From contig CATNEN010000038.1 of assembly GCA_950097015.1 (NCBI GenBank), positions 14,570,001 to 14,634,000 of the forward strand: a stretch of DNA of 64,000 nucleotides. Direction: 5' to 3'. The DNA is from Macrostomum hystrix. Taxonomy: Eukaryota; Animalia; Platyhelminthes. The notes beneath the pieces are model-generated. The model was not told the DNA's origin and ran no database searches. It saw nothing but the letters and a program-made list of their open reading frames with translations. The translations under genes and the position numbers were made by a program. This document shows positions 63,931 through 64,000 of the stretch, piece by piece. Numbering within the stretch: the stretch's first letter is position 1; the number at the start of each line of letters is the position of its first letter.

Positions 63931-64000
63931 GTGAACTGACAACTCCCCAATCTTCAGTGAACTGACAACTCCCCAATCTTCAGTGAACTGACAACTCCCC
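63931..64000. repeat. 26-bp tandem repeat (gtgaactgacaactccccaatcttca) running off the window end
   Basis: About 2.7 copies visible. Confidence 0.8.

Overview
Eukaryotic (animal) genomic DNA with short GT-AG introns, many satellites and tRNA-derived SINEs. The style suggests a free-living flatworm such as Macrostomum, but that is an inference. Genes reconstructed by hand: an FN3 type-I membrane receptor with an ITAM-like tail and a decayed duplicate exon, a low-complexity orphan ORF, a Pro-rich repeat/coiled-coil protein, a C20orf27/ADISSP homolog, a MALT1-like paracaspase, three secreted-protein genes (PAN+TSP1, PAN+LamG-like, triple Kazal), a stathmin-like gene, a CDC42 small effector (CRIB) gene absent from the ORF track, and an SPA17-like RIIa protein. 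Mobile DNA: a nearly full-length APE-RT non-LTR retrotransposon, a hAT-type non-autonomous element with an 8-bp TSD, and two SINE families. The standout is the retrotransposon ORF1 (41.2-43.4 kb). It begins with an ALKBH2/3-type AlkB 2OG-Fe(II) dioxygenase domain with all catalytic residues intact, followed by a coiled coil, a degenerate SGNH-esterase-like domain and an R/Y-rich tail. This suggests a LINE carrying its own nucleic-acid demethylase/repair enzyme.
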